DNA from: Perkinsus chesapeaki ATCC PRA-425
Taxonomy: Eukaryota; Protista; Perkinsozoa
Assembly (NCBI GenBank): GCA_013115145.1
Contig: JAAPAO010000228.1
Location: forward strand, 1-49,631
Direction of reading: 5' to 3'
Length of the DNA: 49,631 nt
Below, one piece after another: positions 10,768 through 21,735 of the stretch (its first letter is position 1; every line of letters starts with the position of its first letter). Below the pieces are notes generated by a model that made no database searches, was not told the origin of the DNA, and saw only the letters and a list, made by a program, of their open reading frames with translations. The position numbers and the translations under genes were made by a program.

Positions 10768-12800
10768 CTAACGACGACGCATCCTCAACTCGAGACTATT
10801 CGGCATGAGTGTGGCGCCAAGGCGGCCGTGCACTTCATTGATGTCTCCATTGGGTCTGATGTCATCGAAGTGGGACAAGAGCATCGCTAGCAGAATTGTG
10901 GATTCCTTAACACCCATCGCCTGGCCAGGGCACTGACGAGGGCCTCCTCCAAAAGCGTAGTGGTCACGAGAGAGTGCTCGGTCGACAGCAGTTCCATCGG
11001 CGATCAACCAGCGTTCGGGTCTGATGAAATATTCCACGAATAGCTGTGGTACTCCTGCTCACCTGAATGAGGTTCCCCCTTCCTTAACCATGGCTTTGTG
11101 AAACATAGTAGCAACGAAGGTTCCTCGAGGTATTGCGAAACCAGCCAGTGATGTGTCTTTAGTACACTCATGGAGAAGGAGCGGAACCGGAGGTTGTAAC
11201 TAACAAGGAGATACTAGACCAACAAGGCAGAAATACATTTACCCTCAAAGCCTCTAGCACACATGCTTCAACGTATGGCATTCTTTCTATGTCTGTCACA
11301 CTCTCTGGATCACGCCTGAGCTGATCTACTTGTTTCCTAGCTTTGGATTGAGCGTCGGGATACAAGCAAAAATAGAAGAGACACCACGAAGTCGTCGTAG
11401 CTGAAGTTTCACTACCAGCAAGGAGGAACCTACAAAACACCCAATTAGTTGGAATTGAGAGGGTCTAGAAGCTTACGTGATAAGGTTGCCTCGAAGATCT
11501 TCGTGATCCAGATGCAGAAGCTTGCCGACGAGGTCCCGTCTTTCTTCGACATCTCCTCGATTCTGTCCACTACGGCGATCGTTGATTATATCATCACAGA
11601 TACCATACAGAAATCTCGTGCTGCTGTGGAACTGAGAAAGCAATACAGGAACATTACAGAGCATAAATCATATACCTTCTTGATCACCGGGTTAAGGTTC
11701 CAAGGAAAGCGATCCCGCGTGGCCCACGGGACAGCACTGAGCTGCATAGCGTACCCAGCTCCATGCAGGAAGTCCATGAAGACCTCACGTACTTTATCCG
11801 ATCCTTGCCCAAGACTGGAACCTGAAAAGTAGAACCTGAGTATTCAAGTAGAGCCAACCCACATGAAAAGCGATACACGAGAACAATCGTTTCTCATACA
11901 ACCTGCCTGTAGCAGCCAGGTGGTGCTTATTGTATATTTGGAACTGCTCGCTTGCTATCTACATAGCGCAAGGACGACAAAACTCGCTGACACTACACTA
12001 AAGAAAGCCACACAGCTGACCCTGAGGGTTGATGAAGCCATAGTTAGTTCCAAGGACAGTGTTGCAGAAGATATCAAGGGTGCAGAGAGGAAGCCATTCT
12101 GTCGCACACCACGCGATACACCCATCATTAGTGCTTAGCGAATCCAACTGCTTCACCTGAGGCAAGATAACAGCTGATTCAAGGGGCATTGCCAAGACTC
12201 ACCAAGTCTTTCGATATTCTAGACATGTCGAGCACCATGGCGTCCGTGTTCTTCCCATTGAATGCTGGTGCACCTAGCCGCCTGTTACGCTTCCATACTT
12301 CTCCTTCTGTGTTGATCATTCCAGGAAACGGCATTATCTTGTGCTTGTTGAAGCTTCTCATGTATACGTCTGGCCGGGACTTCAGGACTTTATTGATCAG
12401 CTTCGGGCTGGACACCACGATGAGCTGCATTCCCGTAGTCCTGAAAGGAAAGAGAGTCATGTTTTATGAACAGGAATGGACAGTTACCGTATCTGGTAGA
12501 TATCACCGTAGGTGTCGGCAAAGATCTCGAGAGCATGATAGAGCTGAGTGAGAGTACTTGGTAAGAAGCCAACCACTGGCCAGAACTGACAAAAAACCGG
12601 TCCACCGAAAGTGTGCCAGCATTCACCTGAGTCGGCCCCTTCAAAGACGTGCTTTGGTCGGATCTTTGATGGGCGACGGAGCGCCAAAGTTTGAGAACAA
12701 TCACTGACGCTATAGCGGTTGCAAGGATAGGTGTACAGCGGGATAGCAATGTTGTGCGATACTTTGGCAGTAGGTTGCTGAGGACTTGTACTGACGACAT
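10768..12800 (-). CDS. Cytochrome P450 paralog B (multi-exon, apparently intact)
   Basis: Exon 1 12800-12627 is 174 nt, the same length as paralog A exon 1. Motifs WKRNRRL (C-helix), FLLAGSETSA, EALR, FRPERW and FGGGPRQCPG; stop after MRRR at 10768. Intron positions shared with paralog A. Confidence 0.92.
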
Positions 12801-13583
12801 GCAGATGGATGCGAACCTATCATGATGAACATAGAAACACTTCGCATCAGGACTAGAACAGACTAAGGATGGCCAGTGACTGTAGGCTGGGATATCGGCA
12901 GAGAAACGGGTGTCACACTGTGTAGGAATACCGCGAGACAAGAAACGCTCGGATTCCGGGATGGTTTCACTGGGATCAGGAGTCGCAAATGACCAATGAG
13001 TTGAATCGTTTCACCTGCTTATGTCAGACTTCGCTGTCCCTATCGGCAAGTACGAAGCTTTCGTGGAGAGGTTATCGTCAATGGAGGGATGTCACCTCGG
13101 CAATCATTCTGCTGCAAGGCCATCCGTGGACAACGACTATGCCCTATTTATGCGCTAATGGAGCTTATCGCTGTGATAGGTGCTTTAAAGAGGTACCGAA
13201 AAGACGATAGGTGCAAAGAGGAGCCTTAGTATTACTAAGTTAGTAGTGCCCAAGTATTTGTACTGCATTTATGAGTGTATGTTTTGGGCCCATATTCTCC
13301 TCATCGTTATGCAATAACGCTTATCGTGTTCGACTCTTTCAAGCCTTCGGTCGCTATTTTGTACTCGTGTGGATCGACAACTGCACCGGTCATGTTCAAA
13401 TGGATGTTGTCTGATCGCAAACAAGCCCGAGGAATTCGCTCAGTAACTCACGAGCGCCGTGGTTGCTGAGTGTCCGGGTAGAAACTATATGATGCGGCAC
13501 CGAGTTACACTCGACGATCGGTTCTCCAGTAAAGATTCTCCACCCTCACTAGCGTAACACAACGTGGTAAAAGCGGAAACGCA

Positions 13584-15520
13584 TCATCTATCAGAAACGT
13601 GAGTGATTTCGCAAAGTCTCGATATCGTCCGGCTAACAGCCATGCCACTTGCCTCCTGCAAGGCACCCCTCACCACAGGTGACATCTTATCATCGGCAAT
13701 CATCGCGTCCATAACATCTGTACAAAAACAGGACACATGAAACAAGTGCCAGACGTCTCACCGTTAGAGCCGGAAATAGGGCTAAAGATGGCCATGGGGG
13801 AATCAGCGGCGAGAATCCGAACGGCTACCGCCTTGTCGTATAGCAACTCTATCAGCTTTCCAAACCGTCTGCCGCTGCCGAGGCCATCAAGTTCGGCGAA
13901 AATCGGAACCTACACGACTGCTAGGAACTGGAGCAAAAGACTTAAACTGGCTACATTATTGATGAAGAGCGTGGTGTTAACCCTTTGGAGATGGTCCGCT
14001 AAGGCAGAGTAGTCGGTCTCGCCGAGCTCCTTCTCACAGAGCGCATCAAACTCACACCACACTGCAGCTACTTCACCATGCTCGACTTTGAAATAGCTCC
14101 CTTCGATCTTCCTGATAGCACGGGCAATAAAGGGAATGCAATAGTTGGCTCCCACCTAGTAGTAGAGTGCGGCAGAGTGAAGACCCACGGACCATCCACT
14201 AGCCGACCAGGTATCCCGGAAAAATCTGCTTGGAATTCAGCTGCTACCGAAGCGTCGGACGCGGGAAAGTAATATCGGCTCCCGGTCCACTTGCTCGCTG
14301 TGCCGCTGGTTTTTCGATAATCAGTCTGGAGAACTTCTGCAGATGCGAATCCTTCCTCCTTACCTGATGGTCAATTTTGTCCTCGTTAAGGTCGACGACT
14401 ACACAAGTCTGCTCTAGAATCTTCAGCAATGGGGGTATAAAAATATGCCGATTCAGACCTGGGCACAATTAGTCAGAAATCAAGAGGCATTCGCAGCACC
14501 TTTATTAAAAAGATCTCTAGGCTTCGAGTTGGATGTCATAACCATAACAACCCCACGAAGCGCCAAAACTTCAAGGACTTTCGGGAGAATGCAGGCGTCT
14601 TGAACATCAACCACTGAAACCTTGCGAAGCCGGCTGAGTTAGTTCGACCATCGACCGCCGCCTCACTTCATCCAGACAGATAAGGTCAGTTTCGTCTGCA
14701 ATTGTATTTGCCGCTATCTCCACGGGAGTCAAGTCCGGGGCCCTGAGATACCCTCGAACAAACCAACTCGGTAGGCTACGTACTTCTCTCTATCAGCTAC
14801 TCGCATTCGTTCGTGAACTTCTCGCATGAAATCGAAGAAATGCTTGCGTTTGTGTCGCAATTCCAGCTTAGTGTCCCCTACGATGCTTTCGTAGAAGGTA
14901 TCCATCAACATCGTTTTCCCGCGGCCAACAGAGCCGACAAGATATCTATTGGGCAAAGTCGGGTTTAGCTTATCACGCTTTTCTCACACTGAGCGCCTTC
15001 TCAGGTCCTTAGGTTGTTCACAAGTCTGAGTGGGTGCGTTCGTTGGACTCTGTAGCATTCGACCGGGTGACTGACTAGTCCACTCTGGCGCTACATCTTT
15101 GCCGTTCTTCTCTGCCTTGGTGAGATACATTTTAATCCCCTTCTCCCTCATTAGTCGACGATTCTCTATGGGAAGAGTTGACGATGATATGGTCCTGGAG
15201 TACGAACAGAGACCTACCAGCAGTGACCCTGTGAAGATACTCATCAACTTGAGAGGAGTTAAGTTCAGGTTGCTCAACTGTACGCACAGGTGTAACCGGA
15301 GGCCTTATCCACGGAGACTTATACTCCCTTTTAGCTGACTGAAGCCTCCTGTATACCTGACGCCCCTCATTCGGTGAATTAAGGCGCAGCTAACCTTCTC
15401 AAGACGTTTGACTGCTAGCTCTTGTCTGGAGTCCCTCAAGAGTTGGCCACAATTCACCTTATTGCCATACAGAGAAGCCACGCTTAGCGATCGATACTGG
15501 AGGGTTGTCAACGAGGTCAT
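13584..15520 (-). CDS. AFG1: AFG1/ZapE-family ATPase (multi-exon)
   Basis: Walker A YLVGSVGRGKTMLMDTFY, HFFDFMREVH, ALCEKELGETDYSALA, RRFGKLIELLYD and C-terminal AVSRTISRLCEI are all typical of AFG1/LACE1. Start and end coordinates are approximate. Confidence 0.88.
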
Positions 15521-16307
15521 ACATGCAAATAACAAACATAAGCTTCATCGGGTACAGCGGAAGAGGGAAAGATACCGCGCCACGAAAGGGCGCCATAAAT
15601 AGCAGCGACATTACGTAGCCTATATGAAATCAATTACATTCTGACTGGAAGGGGATTCAAGTCAATAATGCGAGTGAACATGGAAGTTGTACAGGTTGAG
15701 AACTTTACCCAGTTCTGCGTTGCAGACGACTTAAGGGAGCTGTCTCTTGAGCAAGGATATCCGAAGATGCAAAAGAGATCCCCAGCTAGATATAAGTGTA
15801 GCTAAGACCATGAGGTGCAAAGAAGATATGAGGGTTATACCGGACTCAAGGGCTCTCTATGAAGTGGTAAGCTGCTACAGTTACAGAAGATAGGATAGAA
15901 GTCAACATACACTGTTACCGCCTCAACCTTCGGGAGCAGAAGTCTAGTGTGGCCCCCAGAATCACCGCCCTCCTTGAAAAACGGAATTCCGACATAAAAA
16001 AATGGAATTGCTCAGAAGCCTATGTTGTTAATGCAACTTGCATGACAGCTGCAAGAAAGTTGCAAGACGAGCTTGGAATAATAAGTAGCGTAGAGTAGGA
16101 ATAATTTGCAACAGGCATTATACGAAGGAATAAAAACCAATGTGGCAGAACAGGAAAATCAAAGGCTTTCGAATGAGTGGTACATGACCTAGCATGGAAA
16201 AAGCGAGGTGAGAGATATGCAACGTTGAAATTGAAGGATGTGACGTTTTAACCCATTTACTTCCTGGGCGTTTATGCTGTGCCCTGCTATGTTATTTAGA
16301 TATAGAA

Positions 16308-16314
16308 TTTGTAG
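16308..16314 (+). promoter_or_regulatory. Candidate 3' splice (possibly trans-splice) acceptor 2 nt before the GFAT copy 1 ATG
   Basis: Sequence atttgtag|ta ATG; the same aatttgtagt-ATG context precedes copy 3. Confidence 0.35.
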
Positions 16315-16316
16315 TA

Positions 16317-18263
16317 ATGTGCGGCATCTTCGCCTACGTTGGAGACGGGCAAGCTCTTCCTTGCCTTATTAAGGCACTTAAGCGTTTAGAATATAGAGGT
16401 TATGATTCAGCAGGTATCGGTATCCACAATGGCAAGGAGTTGAAAATTGCCAAGAAGGTCGGTAAGGTTGCCAATCTTGAGGCCTATTGTGGTGGTGTTA
16501 ATAACCCCGAGTATGCTGGTACAATGGGTATTGCTCATACTCGTTGGGCTACTCATGGTGCTCCTACTGATGCTAATGCTCATCCTCATTTCACTGAAGA
16601 TCGTAAGATTGCTGTAGTTCATAATGGTATTATTGAGAACTACGCCAGTCTACGTGAGGAGCTTATCAACAAGGGTTATCACTTCACTTCCGAGACCGAT
16701 ACCGAGTTGCTGGCTCATTTGGTCGCTGATGTCCGTAAGCAGATGGGTCCCGAGCCCTCTTGGTCAGTTATCGTCTCTTGTGCTCTAAGCATTGTGACTG
16801 GCGCTTACGGTGTTGTCTTTATGTTTGAGGATGAGCCCGATCTCCTTATCGGTGCTCGTAAGGGTTCCCCTCTGATCTTGGGCGTTGGTGATGGTGAGTA
16901 CATGCTTGCTTCTGATGGGTCTGCCGTGGTCGAGTACACCAAGGACGTCGTCTTCATCCGCGATGGGGAGCTTGTTGAGGTTCGCCGATCTGGATATCGT
17001 CTAAGAACGATCGAAGGCATCAGCACTCGCCAGATGTCCATTGACGAGGAGGTCACGAACCCGTTAGTCCAGCTCGAGGTGTCCCTGGAGCAAATCGAGA
17101 AAGGTGGCTATCCCCACTTTATGATCAAGGAGATCATGGATCAGCCCAATTGCATTCGTAACACGTGTCGTGGGCGACTCTATCAACCTATCCAGGATCA
17201 TGAAACTGAGGTTCCCGCCAGGTGGGATATAAGATTAGGAGGTCTCAGCACGAAGGTGCAAGGTTCAGACAAGACTGCCTTAGAAGCGATCGCTGATGCC
17301 GATCGTATCATCATATGTGCTTGTGGTACGTCATGGCACTCTGGCCTTATTGGAGAGTACCTTATCGAACAACTTGCTCGTATTAACGTTGAGGTTGAAT
17401 ATGCCTCTGAATTCCGTTATCGTAATCCTCTACTAACTCCTAAGGACGTTGTTATTGTTATTTCACAGTCTGGTGAGACCGCCGATACCCTCGAGGCTAT
17501 ACGCATAGCCAAGACTAACGGGGCTCTTGCCATCGGTATCGTCAATTGCGTTGGCTCTACTATTGCTCGCGAGACTGATGCCGGTATCTACCTACACGCT
17601 GGTCCCGAAATCGGTGTGGCTTCCACGAAGGCCTTCACTTCACAAGTTATGGTATTGACGTTGATCGCATTGAACCTGGCTCGTAGTCGTGGTACGATCG
17701 ACCAGGAATACTTTTACACGCTTTGCGAGGAACTGCATAGCTTTCCCGAATACATATCCCAAGTGCTCAAGACCTCCAAACAGATTCAGACCATTTCAAA
17801 GTTCTTCAGGATGGCTCAGAACTTCCTCTTCCTCGGTCGTGGCATTCACTTTCCGGTTGCATTGGAAGGTGCTTTGAAGCTTAAGGAGATATCTTATATC
17901 CATGCTGAAGGTTATCCTGCTGCTGAGATGAAGCATGGTCCCATTGCTTTGATTGATCGTTTGATGCCTGTTGTCTGTATTGCCCCCAAGAGTGATCCTA
18001 CCTACGATAAGGTTAAGGCCAACATCGAAGAGGTTAAGGCTCGTAACGGTGAGCTCATCATCATCACCGAAGAGGGTAACCACGACTTGGACAGATTTGT
18101 GAGTGACCCCGAGTACATCATCAGGATCCCTGTTGTCGATGTGAACCTTCAACCAATCATCGCTGTTATTCCACTCCAACTGCTCTCCTACTGCATTGCC
18201 GATCTGCGAGGATGTTCTATCGACCAGCCTCGTAACTTGGCCAAGTCGGTGACTGTCGAATAG
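16317..18263 (+). CDS. glmS: Glutamine:fructose-6-phosphate amidotransferase (GFAT/GlmS), copy 1, intronless, 648 aa
   Basis: N-terminal MCG catalytic Cys, HTRWATHG, HNGIIEN, SQSGET, GPEIGVASTKAFT, EGALKLKEISYIHAEG, KHGPIAL and C-terminal PRNLAKSVTVE. Confidence 0.99.
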   Translation: MCGIFAYVGDGQALPCLIKALKRLEYRGYDSAGIGIHNGKELKIAKKVGKVANLEAYCGGVNNPEYAGTMGIAHTRWATHGAPTDANAHPHFTEDRKIAVVHNGIIENYASLREELINKGYHFTSETDTELLAHLVADVRKQMGPEPSWSVIVSCALSIVTGAYGVVFMFEDEPDLLIGARKGSPLILGVGDGEYMLASDGSAVVEYTKDVVFIRDGELVEVRRSGYRLRTIEGISTRQMSIDEEVTNPLVQLEVSLEQIEKGGYPHFMIKEIMDQPNCIRNTCRGRLYQPIQDHETEVPARWDIRLGGLSTKVQGSDKTALEAIADADRIIICACGTSWHSGLIGEYLIEQLARINVEVEYASEFRYRNPLLTPKDVVIVISQSGETADTLEAIRIAKTNGALAIGIVNCVGSTIARETDAGIYLHAGPEIGVASTKAFTSQVMVLTLIALNLARSRGTIDQEYFYTLCEELHSFPEYISQVLKTSKQIQTISKFFRMAQNFLFLGRGIHFPVALEGALKLKEISYIHAEGYPAAEMKHGPIALIDRLMPVVCIAPKSDPTYDKVKANIEEVKARNGELIIITEEGNHDLDRFVSDPEYIIRIPVVDVNLQPIIAVIPLQLLSYCIADLRGCSIDQPRNLAKSVTVE

Positions 18264-18689
18264 TTCGTGCCATTATCGGTACCTTCAATGTTTGCGGATC
18301 TCACACGAATTTCAGCTTCAAGTGTGGCTGAAGGCGACGGCCTCAACGGTCGTTGCGTATTTGGCGAATCTGCATCAATCGGTAGAAGATATTTTTCATG
18401 TCAGAATGACAGCCTTGGCGTTGCAAAGACATTCGTTATCCTTGAGATTTTCGGGCCTCTTTTTGCACGGCCTATTTGCGCATGCGTGCAATCGATGATT
18501 AGCTACGTGAGACTGAGTTCTTCCTTTATCTAGCGTATCTGTATGTGTGTGTGGCTTGTCTATATAATTACGAGCTTCGCTCCGTCGATGCTTCTAGGCT
18601 AAGGCTAGTGGGATTACACAAGGAGGGGGACAGAGGCTGCTCTCTATTACTGTATTTTAATAGTTACTACCGTTCCTTGATCTTTTATC

Positions 18690-20651
18690 ATGTGCGGCAT
18701 CTTCGCCTACGTTGGAGACCGACAAGCTCTTCCTTGCCTTATTAAGGCACTTAAGCGTTTAGAATATAGAGGTTATGATTCAGCAGGTATCGGTATCCAC
18801 AACGGCAAGGAGTTGAAAATTGCCAAGAAGGTCGGTAAGGTTGCCAATCTTGAGGCCTATTGTGGTGGTGTTAATAACCCCGAGTATGCTGGTACAATGG
18901 GTATTGCTCATACTCGTTGGGCTACTCATGGTGCTCCTACTGATGCTAATGCTCATCCTCATTTCACTGAAGATCGTAAGATTGCTGTAGTTCATAATGG
19001 TATTATTGAGAACTACGCCAGTCTACGTGAGGAGCTAATCAATAAGGGTTATCACTTCACTTCCGAGACCGATACCGAGTTGCTGGCTCATTTGGTCGCT
19101 GATGTCCGTAAGCAGATGGGTCCCGAGCCCTCCTGGTCGGTTATCGTCTCTTGTGCTCTAAGCCTTGTGACTGGCGCCTACGGTGTTGTCTTTATGTTTG
19201 AGGATGAGCCCGATCTCCTTATCGGTGCTCGTAAGGGTTCCCCTCTGATCTTGGGTGTTGGTGATGGTGAGTACATGCTTGCTTCTGATGCCTCAGCTGT
19301 TGTCGAGTACACCAAGGACGTCGTCTACATCCGTGATGGCGAACTCGTTGAGGTCCGCAGGTCTGGCTATCGTCTGAGAAGCATCGACGCCATCAGCACT
19401 CGCCAGGCTTCGGTCGATGAGGACATCCATAACAACCCGTTGGTCCAGCTCGAGCTCAACCTGGAGCAGATCGAGAAAGGTGGTTATCGTCACTTTATGC
19501 TCAAGGAGATCATGGATCAGCCTCGCTGCCTCGAGAATTCCTGCCGTGGCCGCCTTTATAAGGTGACCGAGGATGACACCACTCATGGCCCCAACGCTAT
19601 TTCCTCTAAATGGGGTATTCGTTTGGGTGGTCTCGATACCACTGTACGTGGTACTGATCAGACAGCTTTAGATGCTATCTGTGCTGCCGATCGTATCATC
19701 ATATGTGCTTGTGGTACCTCATGGCACTCTGGCCTTATTGGAGAGTACCTTATCGAACAACTTGCTCGTATTAACGTTGAGGTTGAATATGCCTCTGAAT
19801 TCCGTTATCGTAATCCTCTATTAACTCCTAAGGACGTTGTTATTGTTATCTCGCAGTCTGGTGAGACCGCCGATACCCTCGAGGCCGTGCGTATCGCCAG
19901 GGAATACGGTGCATTGTCCATCGGTATTGTGAACACTGTTGGCTCTACCATTGCTCGTGACACTGATGCTGGTATCTACCTCCATGCTGGCCCCGAAATC
20001 GGCGTCGCCTCGACCAAGGCTTTCACTTCGCAGGTTATGGTATTGACGTTGCTCGCTTTACGTCTTGCTCTTGCTCGTGGTACTATCGCTACGGAGTATT
20101 TCGATACTCTTTGTGAGCAACTCTCTCTCTATCCCAAGACCATCGAACGTGTGCTCAAGCTCAATCCCCAGGTTAAGAATCTCTCTAGATACTTCAGATT
20201 GGCGACTAACTTCCTCTTCCTCGGTCGTGGTATTCACTACCCTGTTGCATTGGAAGGTGCTTTGAAGCTTAAGGAGATATCTTATATTCATGCTGAAGGT
20301 TATCCTGCTGCTGAGATGAAGCATGGTCCCATTGCTTTGATTGATCGTTTGATGCCTGTTGTCTGTATTGCCCCCAAGAGTGATCCTACCTACGATAAGG
20401 TTAAGGCTAACATCGAAGAGGTTAAGGCTCGTAACGGTGATCTTATCATCGTAACTGAGGAGGGCAATCATGACTTGGACAGGTTCGCCGGTGACAAGGA
20501 CTTCATTATCAGAGTTCCGACTGTCGACATTGTTCTTCAACCAATTGTTACTACTATTCCTCTTCAGATGTTGTCCTATTACATTGCCGATCTTCGTGGT
20601 TGCTCTATTGACCAACCTCGCAACTTGGCCAAGTCTGTCACTGTCGAGTAA
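18690..20651 (+). CDS. glmS: GFAT/GlmS copy 2, intronless, 653 aa
   Basis: All catalytic motifs present as in copy 1; complete ORF. Confidence 0.99.
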   Translation: MCGIFAYVGDRQALPCLIKALKRLEYRGYDSAGIGIHNGKELKIAKKVGKVANLEAYCGGVNNPEYAGTMGIAHTRWATHGAPTDANAHPHFTEDRKIAVVHNGIIENYASLREELINKGYHFTSETDTELLAHLVADVRKQMGPEPSWSVIVSCALSLVTGAYGVVFMFEDEPDLLIGARKGSPLILGVGDGEYMLASDASAVVEYTKDVVYIRDGELVEVRRSGYRLRSIDAISTRQASVDEDIHNNPLVQLELNLEQIEKGGYRHFMLKEIMDQPRCLENSCRGRLYKVTEDDTTHGPNAISSKWGIRLGGLDTTVRGTDQTALDAICAADRIIICACGTSWHSGLIGEYLIEQLARINVEVEYASEFRYRNPLLTPKDVVIVISQSGETADTLEAVRIAREYGALSIGIVNTVGSTIARDTDAGIYLHAGPEIGVASTKAFTSQVMVLTLLALRLALARGTIATEYFDTLCEQLSLYPKTIERVLKLNPQVKNLSRYFRLATNFLFLGRGIHYPVALEGALKLKEISYIHAEGYPAAEMKHGPIALIDRLMPVVCIAPKSDPTYDKVKANIEEVKARNGDLIIVTEEGNHDLDRFAGDKDFIIRVPTVDIVLQPIVTTIPLQMLSYYIADLRGCSIDQPRNLAKSVTVE

Positions 20652-21726
20652 ACTAACGATCCTAGTGATGGCTGCTGCTGATGTTATTAAGTCCCCACTT
20701 GCATTCCTTTTTGTTTTATGTGTATAGCTTGTCCGTCTCCATCGCCTACGATGACGTGGCGAAGGTAGTTACTAGGTCGATATTCCTTGATGGAGGTCAT
20801 CTTGGAATCAATTTGCTATAGACGAGCCACAACTCGTTACCCTTGTAAATCATCATCACACTACGATACCTAAGTATAAGGTTTACTCCTTTTGTGTTTG
20901 TCAATTGCAGCGGTTCACCCCCGCTTGTAGTAGTGCCGAATAATGTTCGGTTTCCTTGGATACACTTCCTTGAGACGCCCTAGCGTCGAATCTGATGTGC
21001 AAATTCGCTACATTGAGGGTGTACCGTACTGGTTGTTAGAGGCACAGGAAATCATGAGGGTGTTTCATGCCGAGCGAAGCTCATCTCGGCAACAAGAAAG
21101 CTTGTTCAACGCTCAGCAGTGTCAGACATTGGGCCGACGGCCTAAAGCGAACAGTAGCTCGAGAACCGACTTAGCACGCACGCGCATGATTGAGGTTCAG
21201 GTAGCCGCGAAATTCCAAACGAAGAATCTGTTGTTTTGGCGCCGAATGATGGCGGATCCAACGAAGACGCAGGAAAGCGGATTGCACTTTACGAGCGACT
21301 TTCGTCAATTTCGCAAGATGAGTCATCTGAGATTTCGCGATTGTCTAAGTTGCTAGCACAAGCATGATTGTGCTTGTCGAGACCTGTTGAGTTTCGAAGT
21401 CGAAGGGAGGAATCAAACTCAAAAGGGACAGCTGCGACACAACGGACTGGATGAGTAAAGAGAACTCGTGACGCATGACGCCTATGACAAGAGCCATATG
21501 TACCCCATCAGACACTTCATCCTCGAATAGCGAACGACAATATCACATCTCCATTGGAGTAGCCCACTTGACCACGCGCTGAGCTATGCATTATTTCGAT
21601 GAAAGATTCCTACGGGTATCTAAGCTAAAATGATATTGCGCTTTGAACACAAAAAGGGACGATTGACGTCGCCTTGTCGAGCTCTAGCATTATAGCTGTC
21701 AGTAATCACCGTACTTCTTCAGTTAA

Positions 21727-21733
21727 TTTGTAG
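21727..21733 (+). promoter_or_regulatory. Candidate 3' splice (possibly trans-splice) acceptor 2 nt before the GFAT copy 3 ATG
   Basis: Sequence atttgtag|tc ATG, matching the copy 1 context while further upstream DNA is unrelated. Confidence 0.35.
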
Positions 21734-21735
21734 TC

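Noticed and set aside
20943-21356. 137-aa ORF between GFAT copies 2 and 3
   Set aside because: No motif, signal or compositional support; probably spurious intergenic sequence.
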